A stretch of 63,448 nt of DNA, counting the filler, from Nemertoderma westbladi (Eukaryota; Animalia; Xenacoelomorpha): NCBI GenBank assembly GCA_032718475.1. It is 3 parts of 3 records of this genome, joined end to end, with 100 filler letters (N's around TTAATTAATTAA, not from the genome) between each part and the next. Parts side by side here need not be neighbours in the genome. Positions count along the whole stretch, not along the records: positions 31,495 to 55,147 come from JAUCBJ010005523.1; positions 55,248 to 63,448 come from JAUCBJ010002999.1; 1 more part is not named here. The stretch is one strand, 5' to 3'. Position 1 is the stretch's first letter; every line of letters begins with the position of its first letter. The notes beneath the pieces were generated by a model. It saw only the letters and a program-made list of their open reading frames with translations. It did not search any database and was not told where the DNA came from. The position numbers and the translations under genes were made by a program. Shown here piece after piece: positions 50,301 to 63,448 of the stretch.

Positions 50301-53300
50301 CCGTTGGATACACGCACTCCGGCACCCCTTAGGATACACGCATTCGTTCACCCCGTGGGATACACGCACTCGTGCACCCCGTGGGATACATGCACTCGTG
50401 CACCCCGTGGGATACACGCACTCGTGCACCCCGTGGGATACAGGCACTCGTGCACCCCGTGGGATACACGCACTCGTGCACCCCGTGGGATTCACGCACT
50501 CGTGCACCCCGTGGGATATACGCACTCGTGCACCCCGTGGGATACACGCACTCGTGCACCCCGTGGGATAGACGCACTCGTGCACCCCGTGGGATACACG
50601 CACTCGTGCACCCCGTGGGATACACGCACTCGTGCAACCCGTGGGATACACGCACTCGTGCACCCCGTTGGATACACGCACTCGTGCACCCGTGGGATAC
50701 ACGCACTCGTGCACCCGTGGGATACACGCACTCGTGCACCCGTGGGAAACATGCACTCGTGCACTCCGTGAGATACACGCACTCGTGCACCCATGGGATA
50801 CACGCACTCGTGCACCCCGTGGGATACACTCACTCGTGCACCCCGTGGGATACACGCACTCGTGCAACCAGTGAGATACACGCACTCGTGCACCGCGTGG
50901 GATACACGCACTCGTGCACCCCGTGGGAGACACCACTCGTGCACCCCGCGTAATACACGCACACGTGCACCACGCACTCGTGCACCCCTTGGGACACACC
51001 ACTCGTGCACCCCGTGGGATACACGCACTCGTGCACACCCCGTGGGATACACGCACTCGTGTACACCCCGTGGGTAACACCACTCGTGCACCCCGTGGGA
51101 TACACCACTCGTGCACCCCGTGGGATACACCACTCGTACACCCCGTGGGATACTCGCACTCGTGCACCCCGTGGGATACACGCACTCGTGCACCGCGTGG
51201 GATATACCACTCGTGCACCCCGTGGGATACACGCACTCTTGCACCCCGTGGGATACTCGCACTCGCGCACCCCGTGGGATACACGCACTCGTGCACCCCG
51301 TGGGATACACGCACTCTTGCACCCCGTGGGATGCACGCACTCGTGCAACCCGTGGGATACACACACTCGTGCACACAGTGGGATACACGCACTCGTGCAA
51401 CCCGTGGGATACACACACTCGTGCACACAGTGGGATACTCGCACTCGTGCACCCCGTGGGATACACGCACTCGTGCACCCCGTGGGATACACGCACTCGT
51501 GCACCCCGTGGGATACACCACTCGTACACCCCGTGGGATACTCGCACTCGTGCACCCCGTGGGATACACGCACTCGTGCACCGCGTGGGATATACCACTC
51601 GTGCACCCCGTGGGATACACGCACTCTTGCACCCCGTGGGATACTCGCACTCGCGCACCCCGTGGGATACACGCACTCGTGCACCCCGTGGGATACACGC
51701 ACTCTTGCACCCCGTGGGATGCACGCACTCGTGCAACCCGTGGGATACACACACTCGTGCACACAGTGGGATACTCGCACTCGTGCAACCCGTGGGATAC
51801 ACGCACTCGTGCACCCAGTGGGATACACGCACTCGTGCACCCCGTGCCCGTGGGATACACGCACTCTTGCACCCCGTGGGATACTCGCACTCGCGCACCC
51901 CGTGGGATACACGCACTCGTGCACCCCGTGGGATACACGCACTCTTGCACCCCGTGGGATGCACGCACTCGTGCAACCCGTGGGATACACACACTCGTGC
52001 ACCCAGTGGGATACACGCACTTGTGGAACCCGTGGGATACACGCACTCGTGCACCCAGTGGGATACACGCACTCGTGCACCCCGTGGGATACACGCACTC
52101 GTGCACCCCGTGGGATACACGCACTCGTGCACCCCGTGGGATACACGCACTCGTGCACTCCATGGGATACACTGACTCGTGCACTCCATGGGATACACTG
52201 ACTCGTGCACCCCGTGGGATACAAGCACTCATCCACCCCGTGGGATACACGCACACGTGCACCCCGTGGGATACACCACTCGTGCACCCCGTTGGATACA
52301 CGCACTCGGGCACCCCTTAGGATACACGCATTCGTGCACCCCGTGGGATACACGCACTCGTGCACCCCGTGGGATACATGCACTCGTGCACCCCGTGGGA
52401 TACACGCACTCGTGCACCCCGTGGGATACAGGCACTCGTGCACCCGGTGGGATACACGCACTCGTGCACCCCGTGGGATACACGCACTCGTGCACCCCGT
52501 GGGATTCACGCACTCGTGCACCCCGTGGGATTTACGCACTCGTGCACCCCGTGGGATACACGCACTCGTGCACCCCGTGGGATACACGCACTCGTGCACC
52601 CCGTGGGATACACGCACTCGTGCACCCCGTGGGATACACGCACTCGTGCACCCCGTGGGATACACGCACTCGTGCAACCCGTGGGATACACGCACTCGTG
52701 CACCCCGTTGGATACACGCACTCGTGCACCCGTGGGATACACGCACTCGTGCACCCGTGGGATACACGCACTCGTGCACCCGTGGGAAACATGCACTCGT
52801 GCACTCCGTGAGATACACGCACTCGTGCACCCATGGGATACACGCACTCGTGCACCCCGTGGGATACACTCACTCGTGCACCCCGTGGGATACACGCACT
52901 CGTGCAACCAGTGAGATACACGCACTCGTGCACCGCGTGGGATACACGCACTCGTGCACCCCGTGGGAGACACCACTCGTGCACCCCGCGTAATACACGC
53001 ACACGTGCACCACGCACTCGTGCACCCCTTGGGACACACCACTCGTGCACCCCGTGGGATACACGCACTCGTGCACACCCCGTGGGATACACGCACTCGT
53101 GTACACCCCGTGGGTAACACCACTCGTGCACCCCGTGGGATACACCACTCGTGCACCCCGTGGGATACACGCACTCGTGCACCCCGTGGGATACACCACT
53201 CGTGCACCCCGTGGGATACACGCACTCGTGCACCCCGTGGGATACACGCACTCGTGCACCCCGTGGGATACACCACTCGTGCACCCCGTGGGATACACGC

Positions 53301-55147
53301 ACTCGTGCACCCCGTGGGATACACGCACTCGTGCACCCCGTGGGATACACGCACTCGTGCACCCCGTGGGATACACGCACTCGTGCACCCCGTGGGATGC
53401 ACGCACTCGTGCACCCCGTGGGATACACCACTCGTGCACCCCGTGGGATACTCGCACTCGTGCACCCCGTGGGATACACGCACTCGTGCACCCCGTGGGA
53501 TACACGCACTCGTGCACCCCGTGGGATACACGCACTCGTGCACCCCGTGGGATACACGCACTCGTGCACTCCATGGGATACACTGACTCGTGCACCCCGT
53601 GGGATACAAGCACTCATCCACCCCGTGGGATACACGCACACGTGCACCCCGTGGGATACACCACTCGTGCACCCCGTTGGATACACGCACTCGGGCACCC
53701 CTTAGGATACACGCATTCGTGCACCCCGTGGGATACACGCACTCGTGCACCCCGTGGGATACATGCACTCGTGCACCCCGTGGGATACACGCACTCGTGC
53801 ACCCCGTGGGATACAGGCACTCGTGCACCCCGTGGGATACACGCACTCGTGCACCCCGTGGGATTCACGCACTCGTGCACCCCGTGGGATATACGCACTC
53901 GTGCACCCCGTGGGATACACGCACTCGTGCACCCCGTGGGATACACGCACTCGTGCACCCCGTGGGATACACGCACTCGTGCACCCCGTGGGATACACGC
54001 ACTCGTGCACCCCGTGGGATACACGCACTCGTGCACCCCGTGGGATACACGCACTCGTGCACCCCGTGGGATACACGCACTCGTGCACCCCGTGGGATAC
54101 ACGCACTCGTGCACCCGTGGGATACACTGCACTCGTGCACTCCGTGGGATACACGCACTCGTGCACCCCGTGGGATACACGCACTCGTGCACCCCGTGGG
54201 ATACACGCACTCGTGCACCCCGTGGGATACACGCACTCGTGCACCCCGTGCCCGTGGGATACACGCACTCGTGCACCCCGTGGGATACACGCACTCGTGC
54301 ACCCCGTGGGATACACGCACTCGTGCACCCCGTGGGATACACGCACTCGTGCACCCATGGGATACACGACTCGTGCACCCCTGGGATACACGACTCGTGC
54401 ACCCCGTGGGATACACGCACTCGTGCCACCCCGTGGGATACACGCACTCGTGCACCCCGTGGGATACACCACTCGTGCACCCCGTGGGATACACGCACTC
54501 GTGCACCCCGTGGGATACACGCACTCGTGCACCCCGTGGGATACACGCACTCGTGCACCCCGTGGGATACACGCACTCGTGCACCCCGTGGGATACACGC
54601 ACTCGTGCACCCCGTGGGATACACGCACTCGTGCACCCCGTGGGATACACGCACTCGTGCACCCCGTGGGATTCACGCACTCGTGCACCCCGTGGGATAT
54701 ACGCACTCGTGCACCCCGTGGGATACACGCACTCGTGCACCCCGTGGGATACACGCACTCGTGCACCCCGTGGGATACACGCACTCGTGCACCCCGTGGG
54801 ATACACGCACTCGTGCAACCCGTGGGATACACGCACTCGTGCACCCCGTGGGATACACGCACTCGTGCACCCGTGGGATACACGCACTCGTGCACCCGTG
54901 GGATACACGCACTCGTGCACCCGTGGGAAACATGCACTCGTGCACTCCGTGAGATACACGCACTCGTGCACCCATGGGATACACGCACTCGTGCACCCCG
55001 TGGGATACACTCACTCGTGCACCCCGTGGGATACACGCACTCGTGCAACCAGTGAGATACACGCACTCGTGCACCGCGTGGGATACACGCACTCGTGCAC
55101 CCCGTGGGAGACACCACTCGTGCACCCCGCGTAATACACGCACACGT
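41329..55147. repeat. 26-bp GC/CpG-rich satellite (~530 units) with higher-order repeats
   Basis: Unit CACTCGTGCACCCCGTGGGATACACG; variant blocks recur at kilobase-scale offsets. Confidence 0.99.
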
Positions 55148-55247
55148 NNNNNNNNNNNNNNNNNNNNNNNNNNNNNNNNNNNNNNNNNNNNTTAATTAAT
55201 TAANNNNNNNNNNNNNNNNNNNNNNNNNNNNNNNNNNNNNNNNNNNN
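55148..55247. other. Scaffold gap with TTAATTAATTAA linker
   Basis: Same format as the first gap. Confidence 0.97.
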
Positions 55248-57054
55248 CCGAAATATTGCACTTTGAATTTATCATTATATTAATCAAATAAAAAATATCT
55301 AAAACTAAAGCTCTTGAATTAGCCAGTCATCGCCCGAGTATGGCATTTGGTTCGGTGGTGGGGTGGTTTGGAATGGTTCGGCCACGGAGGGGTGGTCGGG
55401 GTTGGGTTGGGAAGAAATAGTTCAGCCGTGAAGGGGTGGTTCACTACACCAACATGCCAGTCGGGATCACCACCCCCTCCCAATGCAGCTGGACCTTCAA
55501 CTGGGTGATCGGCGGCTGGAAGGACGGCCATTGCCTGCTTGTCAATCCCCAAACAGGACGCCATATGGTCTAGGTAGCGAGCCAGGCGTTGGTTAACAAC
55601 ATCGATATGAAGTAGTGGAATATGTTCCACAAAACCATTCATTACCCCTAATAATTACCCCAATCCCATAGAATACAATATTATATTGAATGTGAGGTTG
55701 TCGAAGAACATAAGTATGAAAAATGGTAAATACCCCCACCCCCCCCTCCTCCCCCCCACCCGGAGACTCCCACGCTGTAAAACATTTATTACATTACATT
55801 TTTAGGACCTCATTTGTCCGTAAACACCATCATTATATTGATAATGATTCCCTCGTAACGCGACTTTGAAAGTCGCGTTACGGCTAATCTCTCAAAAAAA
55901 TTAGCCGTAACGCGACGACACCGTACCAGCAGTTGGTGTTTCTATCGTTGAGTTGATGGCAATTTTCGAGTTTCCATTTTCGGTATATAAATACCATGTT
56001 GTTGTACTTCTTGTTTATTGCGCTTTATTTATGTTTTGTTCCCCATCTCGGTGGATGTACGATTAAATTAAATTAATTTAAATAAAAGGATAGAGCTCAA
56101 ATATTCGTTTTTGTTTAATTAAATATTAACTGAATAATGTTATTGGTATTAGTTATTGTACGGCGGCGAACGAAATATAATTTATTACAGAATTCCACTG
56201 CACCACGGCCGGTATTATCATTTAAAATATTATTACAATGCGATAAAATATACAATTATAGATTCTATACGTAATGAACAACGATAATAATACTAGTAGG
56301 TACAACCAAATTACACAAACTACAGCAGCATGGATTCAAACGTAAACCCAACTGTGTTGGAATGAATGTCGGACTACTAACAAAAATTAACAATACAGAC
56401 AGATTCCTATATAACAAATTACCTAATAACAATTCATTCGCGCACCCCGCGCATGGCGCGGTAAAGCCAGCCAATCAACATCATCCAACCATGTAATGCT
56501 CGATAGAGAACTGAAATGAAAAGATTTGTTTTTATTTTTAAATAATTTGTGTTTCAGTTTATCCATTAATTCCGTTACAGTTGATTGATTTTATTATATA
56601 AATTTCAGTAGTTGATTTTTCAGTTCAGCTTGTATACTCACGTCACACATAATACACGTTGCGTTCCGAATTTCTCTCCATTACTTTAAATGCGACTCCT
56701 GCACCGCACTAGCTGCTATAATTTAAGTTCAGCACTAAATATAACAAAATGACTTTTAGAGACTAATTGAATGGAAAGATAAAATTCATTTGGAGATTCT
56801 AAAACCTTCTTGATCGATACCCAAGGGGCAACCTCTAAAAGTAAATATTACAAAAATTAATTTGCAATTTAACAGAAAGGACATTCGGCAAGGTACCCCC
56901 CCCCCCCCCCCCCCCCCCCGTTACAAAATATTTAATTTGTCCTTACAGTAGTGCCTAACCCTCGTTAAGAAAACCGTATGTAACTCATGTTACAGACAGT
57001 AGGTAACTGCCTAGTTCAAAGACAACTCGAGTCAGTCCAGTTAATTAGGTACAT

Positions 57055-57060
57055 TTTATT
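57055..57060 (-). promoter_or_regulatory. Candidate polyadenylation signal (AATAAA) of the V-ATPase d gene
   Basis: TTTATT on the + strand, ~280 nt downstream of the stop codon. Confidence 0.4.
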
Positions 57061-57336
57061 TAGGTACACGACAAATAAATAATTTACTATTAACAATTAA
57101 TTAATTATTAAATTAACGAATATGAGTTACATATTAATCTGGCGGGATTGACTAACTAACAAATTGAAATACACAGATAAAACTACGTACTTAATTGATG
57201 TGTATAGTTGTAGTAGCTGCACCAAACTCAACGAAATAATCCTGAATATTGGAGTCAAGGATCCTAGTAAATTATGTGTCCTCAAATACAGCTAAACATT
57301 ATGAATGATAAATTCTTGTTAACATTTAATATTCAA

Positions 57337-57603
57337 TCAGTAAATAGGAATATAGTTATCGATTTTCGTACGATGTCTCTGAGCAACACATTCTGATATC
57401 CAAATAACGTTGCGAACTTCCTGTTCTTTGAGTTTCACGTAGCTATAGAAGATACCGAAATGGAACTGCTGAAGGAACGAGTTGACATTGAGTTTAACTT
57501 CGTGCTCAAACAGTTTGTCCTCCAGGGTCTTGTCGCCAGGGTTATTTCCCGCGCCCTCGAACAGAACCTTGTACTCGGCGTAATAGTCGGCAACGGCGCG
57601 AAC
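57337..57603 (-). CDS. ATP6V0D1: Last coding exon of V-type proton ATPase V0 subunit d (88 aa plus stop)
   Basis: [39 protein letters not shown]...[42 protein letters not shown] closely matches the conserved C-terminus of subunit d (AC39/Vma6). Phase-0 acceptor TTTGTTACAG at 57613-57604. Confidence 0.96.
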   Translation of the reverse strand, partial: VRAVADYYAEYKVLFEGAGNNPGDKTLEDKLFEHEVKLNVNSFLQQFHFGIFYSYVKLKEQEVRNVIWISECVAQRHRTKIDNYIPIY

Positions 57604-60600
57604 CTGTAACAAAGATAACCTTGTACTCAACCTGCAAAAAAGGGGACCTTGTACTCAACCTGTAACAAAGAGAACCTTGTACACAACCTGTAACAAAGAG
57701 AACCTTGTACTCAACCTGCAAAAAAGGGGACCTTGTACTAAACCTGTAACAAAGAGAACCTTGTAAACAACCTGTAACAAAATAGAACCTTGTACTCAAC
57801 CTGCAAAAAAGGGGACCTTGTACTCAACCTGTAACAAAGAGAACCTTGTAAACAACCTGTAACAAAATAGAACCTTGTACTCAACCTGCAACAAAGAGAA
57901 CCTTGTACACAACATGTAACAAAGAGAACCTTGTACTCGGCGTAATAGTCGGCAACGGCGCGAACCTGTAACAAAGATAACCTTGTACTCAACCTGCAAA
58001 AAAGGGGACCTTGTACTCAACCTGTAACAAAGAGAACCTTGTACTCAACCTGCAACAAAGAGAACCTTGTACTCAACCTGTAACAAATAGAACCTTGTAA
58101 ACAACCTGTAACAAAGAGAACCTCGTACTCAACATGTAACAAAGAGAACCTTGTACTCGGCGTAATAGTCGGCAACGGCGCGAACCTGTAACAAAGATAA
58201 CCTTGTACTCAACCTTTAACAAAGAGAACCTTGTACACAACCTGTAACAAAGAGAACCTTGTACACAACCTGTAACAAAGAGAACCTTGTACACAACCTG
58301 TAACAAAGAGAACCTTGTACTCAACCTGTAACAAAGTGAACCTTGTACTCAACCTGTAACAAAATAGAACCTTGTACACAACCTGTAACAAAGAGAACCT
58401 TGTACTCAACCTGTAACAAAGAGAACCTTGTAAACAACCTGTAACAAAGAGAACCTCGTACTCAACATGTAACAAAGAGAACCTTGTACTCGGCGTAATA
58501 GTCGGCAACGGCGCGAACCTGTAACAAAGATAACCTTGTACTCAACCTTTAACAAAGAGAACCTTGTACACAACCTGTAACAAAGAGAACCTTGTACTCA
58601 ACCTTTAACAAAGAGAACCTTGTACACAACCTGTAACAAAGAGAACCTTGTACTCAACCTGTAACAAAGAGAACCTTGTACTCAACCTGTATCAAAGTGA
58701 ACCTTGTACTCAACCTGTAAGAAAGAGAACCTTGTACTCAACCTGTAACAAAGAGAACCTTGTACTCAACCTGTAACAAAGAGAACCTTGTACTCAACCT
58801 GTAACAAAGTGAACCTTGTACTCAACCTGTAACAAAGAGAACCTTGTACTCAACCTGTAACAAATAGAACCTTGTAAACAAACTGTAACAAAGTGAACCT
58901 TGTACTCAACCTGTAACAAAGAGAACCTTGTACTCAACCTGTAACAAAGAGAACCTTGTACTCAACCTGTAACAAAGAGAACCTTGTACTCAACCTGTAA
59001 CAAAGATAACCTTGTACTCAACCTGCAACAAAGAGAACCTTGTACACAAGCTGTAACAAAGTGAACCTTGTACTCAACCTGTAACAAATATAACCTTGTA
59101 AACAACCTGTAACAAAGTGAACCTTGTACTCAACCTTTAACAAAGAGAACCTTGTACGCAACCTGTAACAAAATAGAACCTTGTACACAACCTGTAACAA
59201 AGAGAACCTTGTACTCAACCTGTAAGAAATATAACCTTGTAAACAACCTGTAACAAAGAGAACCTTGTACTCAACCTGTAACAAAGTGAACCTTGTACTC
59301 AACCTGTAACAAAGAGAACCTTGTACTCAACCTGTAAGAAAGAGAACCTTGTAAACAAACTGTAACAAAGTGAACCTTGTACTCAACCTGTAACAAAGAG
59401 AACCTTGTACTCAACCTGTAACAAAGAGAACCTTGTACTCAACCAGTAACAAATAGAACCTTGTAAACAACCTGTAACAAAGTGAACCTTGTACTCAACC
59501 TTTAACAAAGAGAACCTTGTACGCAACCTGTAACAAAATAGAACCTTGTACACAACCTGTAACAAAGAGAACCTTGTACTCAACCTGTAAGAAAGATAAC
59601 CTTGTAAACAACCTGTAACAAAGAGAACCTTGTACTCAACCTGTAAGAAAGAGAACCTTGTAAACAAACTGTAACAAAGTGAACCTTGTACTCAACCTGT
59701 AACAAAGAGAACCTTGTACTCAACCTGTAACAAAGAGAACCTTGTACTCAACCTGTAACAAAGAGAACCTTGTACGCAACCTGTAACAAAATAGAACCTT
59801 GTACACAACCTGTAACAAAGAGAACCTTGTACTCAACCTGTAAGAAAGATAACCTTGTAAACAACCTGTAACAAAGAGAACCTCGTACTCAACCTGTAAG
59901 AAAGAGAACCTTGTAAACAAACTGTAACAAAGTGAACCTTGTACTCAACCTGTAACAAAGAGAACCTTGTACTCAACCTGTAACAAAGTGAACCTTGTAC
60001 TCAACCTTTAACAAAGAGAACCTTGTACGCAACCTGTAACAAAATAGAACCTTGTACACAACCTGTAACAAAGAGAACCTTGTACTCAACCTGTAAGAAA
60101 GATAACCTTGTAAACAACCTGTAACAAAGAGAACCTTGTACTCAACCTGTAAGAAAGAGAACCTTGTAAACAAACTGTAACAAAGTGAACCTTGTACTCA
60201 ACCTGTAACAAAGAGAACCTTGTACTCAACCTGTAACAAAGAGAACCTTGTACTCAACCTGTAACAAATAGAACCTTGTAAACAACCTGTAACAAAGTGA
60301 ACCTTGTACTCAACCTTTAACAAAGTGAACCTTGTACTCAACCTGTAACAAAGTGAACCTTGTACTCAACCTGTAACAAAGAGAACCTTGTACTCAACCT
60401 GTAACAAATAGAACCTTGTAAACAACCTGTAACAAAGAGAACCTTGTACTCAACCTGTAACAAAGTGAACCTTGTACTCAACCTGTAACAAAGAGAACCT
60501 TGTACTCAACCTGTAAGAAAGATAACCTTGTAAACAAACTGTAACAAAGTGAACCTTGTACTCAACCTGTAACAAAGAGAACCTTGTACTCAACCTGTAA

Positions 60601-63448
60601 CAAAAAGAACCTTGTACTCAACCTGTAACAAAGAGAACCTTGTACTCAACCTTTAACAAAGAGAACCTTGTACGCAACCTGTAACAAAATAGAACCTTGT
60701 ACACAACCTGTAACAAAGAGAACCTTGTACTCAACCTGTAAGAAAGATAACCTTGTAAACAACCTGTAACAAAGAGAACCTTGTACTCAACCTGTAACAA
60801 AGTGAACCTTGTACTCAACCTGTAACAAAGAGAACCTTGTACTCAACCTGTAAGAAAGATAACCTTGTAAACAAACTGTAACAAAGTGAACCTTGTACTC
60901 AACCTGTAACAAAGAGAACCTTGTACTCAACCTGTAACAAAAAGAACCTTGTACTCAACCTGTAACAAAGAGAACCTTGTACTCAACCTGTAACAAAGTG
61001 AACCTTGTACTCAACCTGTAACAAAGAGAACCTTGTACTCAACCTGTAAGAAAGAGAACCTTGTAAACAAACTGTAACAAATTGAACCTTGTACTCAACC
61101 TGTAACAAAGAGAACCTTGTACTCAACCTGTAACAAAGAGAACCTTGTACTCAACCTGTAACAAAGAGAACCTTGTACTCAACCTGTAACAAAAAGAACC
61201 TTGTACTCAACCTGTAACAAAGAGAACCTTGTACTCAACCTGTAACAAAGTGAACCTTGTACTCAACCTGTAACAAAGAGAACCTTGTACTCAACCTGTA
61301 AGAAAGAGAACCTTGTAAACAAACTGTAACAAATTGAACCTTGTACTCAACCTGTAACAAAGAGAACCTTGTACTCAACCTGTAACAAAGAGAACCTTGT
61401 ACTCAACCTGTAACAAAGAGAACCTTGTACTCAACCTGTAACAAAGATAACCTTGTACTCAACCTGCAACAAAGAGAACCTTGTACACAAGCTGTAACAA
61501 AGTGAACCTTGTACTCAACCTTTAACAAAGAGAACCTTGTACGCAACCTGTAACAAAATAGAACCTTGTACACAACCTGTAACAAAGAGAACCTTGTACT
61601 CAACCTGTAAGAAAGATAACCTTGTAAACAACCTGTAACAAAGTGAACCTTGTACTCAACCTGTAACAAAATAGAACCTTGTACACAACCTGTAACAAAG
61701 AGAACCTTGTACTCAACCTGTAACAAAGACAACCTTGTACTCAACCTGTAAGAAAGAGAACCTTGTAAACAACCTGTAACAAAGTGAACCTTGTACTCAA
61801 CCTGTAACAAAATAGAACCTTGTACACAACCTGTAACAAAGAGAACCTTGTACTCAACCTGTAACAAAGAGAACCTTGTACTCAACCTGTAACAAAGAGA
61901 AGCTTGTACTCAACCTGTAAGAAAGAGAACCTTGTAAACAACCTGTAACAAAGTGAACCTTGTACTCAACCTGTAACAAAATAGAACCTTGTACACAACC
62001 TGTAACAAAGAGAACCTTGTACTCAACCTGTAACAAAGTGAACCTTGTATTCAACCTGTAACAAAATAGAACCTTGTATTCAACCTGTAACAAAATAGAA
62101 CCTTGTACACAACCTGTAACAAAGAGAACCTTGTACTCAACCTGCAACAAAGAGAACCTTGTACTCAACCTGTAACAAAGAGAACCTTGTACTCAACCTG
62201 TAAGAAAGAGAACCTTGTAAACAACCTGTAACAAAGTGAACCTTGTACTCAACCTGTAACAAAATAGAACCTTGTACACAACCTGTAACAAAGAGAACCT
62301 TGTACTCAACCTGTAACAAAGAGAACCTTGTACTCAACCTGTCACAAAGAGAACCTTGTACTCAACCTGCAACAAAGAGAACCTTGTACACAACCTGTAA
62401 CAAAGAGAACCTTGTACTCAACCTGTAACAAAATAGAACCTTGTACACAACCTGTAACAAAGAGAACCTTGTACACAACCTGTAACAAAGTGAACCTTGT
62501 ACTCAACCTGTAACAAAATAGAACCTTGTACTCAACCTGCAACAAAGAGAACCTTGTACTCAACCTGCAACAAAGATATCCTTGTACACAAGCTGTAACA
62601 AAGTGAACCTTGTACTCAACCTTTAACAAAGAGAACCTTGTACTCAACCTGTAACAAAATAGAACCTTGTACACAACCTGTAACAAAGAGAACCTTTTAC
62701 TCAACCTGTAACAAAATAGAACCTTGTACACAACCTGTAACAAAGAGAACCTTGTACTCAACCTGTAACAAAGAGAACCTTGTACTCAACCTGTAAGAAA
62801 GAGAACCTTGTAAACAACCTGTAACAAAGTGAACCTTGTACTCAACCTGTAACAAAGAGAACCTTGTACTCAACCTGTAAGAAAGAGAACCTTGTAAACA
62901 ACCTGTAACAAAGTGAACCTTGTACTCAACCTGTAACAAAATAGAACCTTGTACACAACCTGTAACAAAGAGAACCTTGTACTAAACCTGTAACAAAGTG
63001 AACCTTGTACTCAACCTGTAACAAAATAGAACCTTGTACTCAACCGGTAACAAAATAGAACCTTGTACACAACCTGTAACAAAGATAACCTTGTACTCAA
63101 CCTGTAACAAAGAGAACCTTGTACTCAATCTGTAACAAAGAGAACCTTGTATTCAACCTGTAAGAAAGAGAACCTTGTAAACAACCTGTAACAAAGTGAA
63201 CCCTGTACTCAACTTGTAACAAAATAGAACCTGTACTCAACCGGTAACAAAGAGAACCTTGTACTCAACCTGTAACAAAGAGAACCTTGTACTCAACCTG
63301 TAAGAAAGAGAACCTTGTAAACAACCTGTAACAAAGAGAACCTTGTACTCAACCTGTAACAAAGAGAACCTTGTACTCAACCTGTAACAAAGAGAACCTT
63401 GTAAACAACCTGTAACAAAGTGAACCTTGTACTCAACCTGTAAAAAAA
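57604..63448. repeat. 28-bp intronic satellite (~200 copies) derived from the intron/exon junction of the V-ATPase d exon
   Basis: The minus-strand unit GAGTACAAGGTTCTCTTTGTTACAGGTT is exon sequence (EYKVL) plus the acceptor plus the first codon. Confidence 0.97.

Noticed and set aside
41299-55195. Dozens of long ORFs on both strands
   Set aside because: They are translations of a stop-free 26-bp satellite in all six frames.
55319-55642. 107-aa minus-strand ORF
   Set aside because: No recognisable motif. It could be an exon or a transposon remnant but cannot be supported without a search.
57542-62939. [18 protein letters not shown]-type ORFs
   Set aside because: They are translations of the 28-bp intronic satellite; only 57337-57603 is real coding sequence.

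Overview
AT-rich metazoan (probably invertebrate) scaffold with two 100-bp N gaps, almost entirely satellites and nested mobile elements. Left to right: (1) the 5' part of a minus-strand LTR retrotransposon (probably BEL/Pao) with a gag-like ORF running off the edge, a 63-aa ORF coupled to it by an ATGA overlap, and a long LTR/leader carrying six K-turn-like UUCG hairpins; (2) a ~11 kb 68/69-bp satellite holding one CRE-clade (RLE) retrotransposon piece, with a second piece at its end; (3) a minisatellite, a Penelope-like fragment with inverted pLTRs and minimal hammerhead ribozymes, and a TTAA piggyBac-like non-autonomous element; (4) a terminal Polinton/Maverick fragment (pX-like protein, packaging ATPase, RING protein, orphan ORF); (5) RTE, L2/Crack-type and CR1 LINE fragments, a HINE-like insert and a foldback-like element; (6) a ~13.8 kb 26-bp satellite with higher-order structure; (7) the last coding exon of V-ATPase V0 subunit d, whose upstream intron is filled with a 28-bp satellite built from its own splice acceptor plus exon sequence. 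Most ORFs in the supplied track are satellite artefacts. All family calls come from motif recognition by eye; no searches were run.
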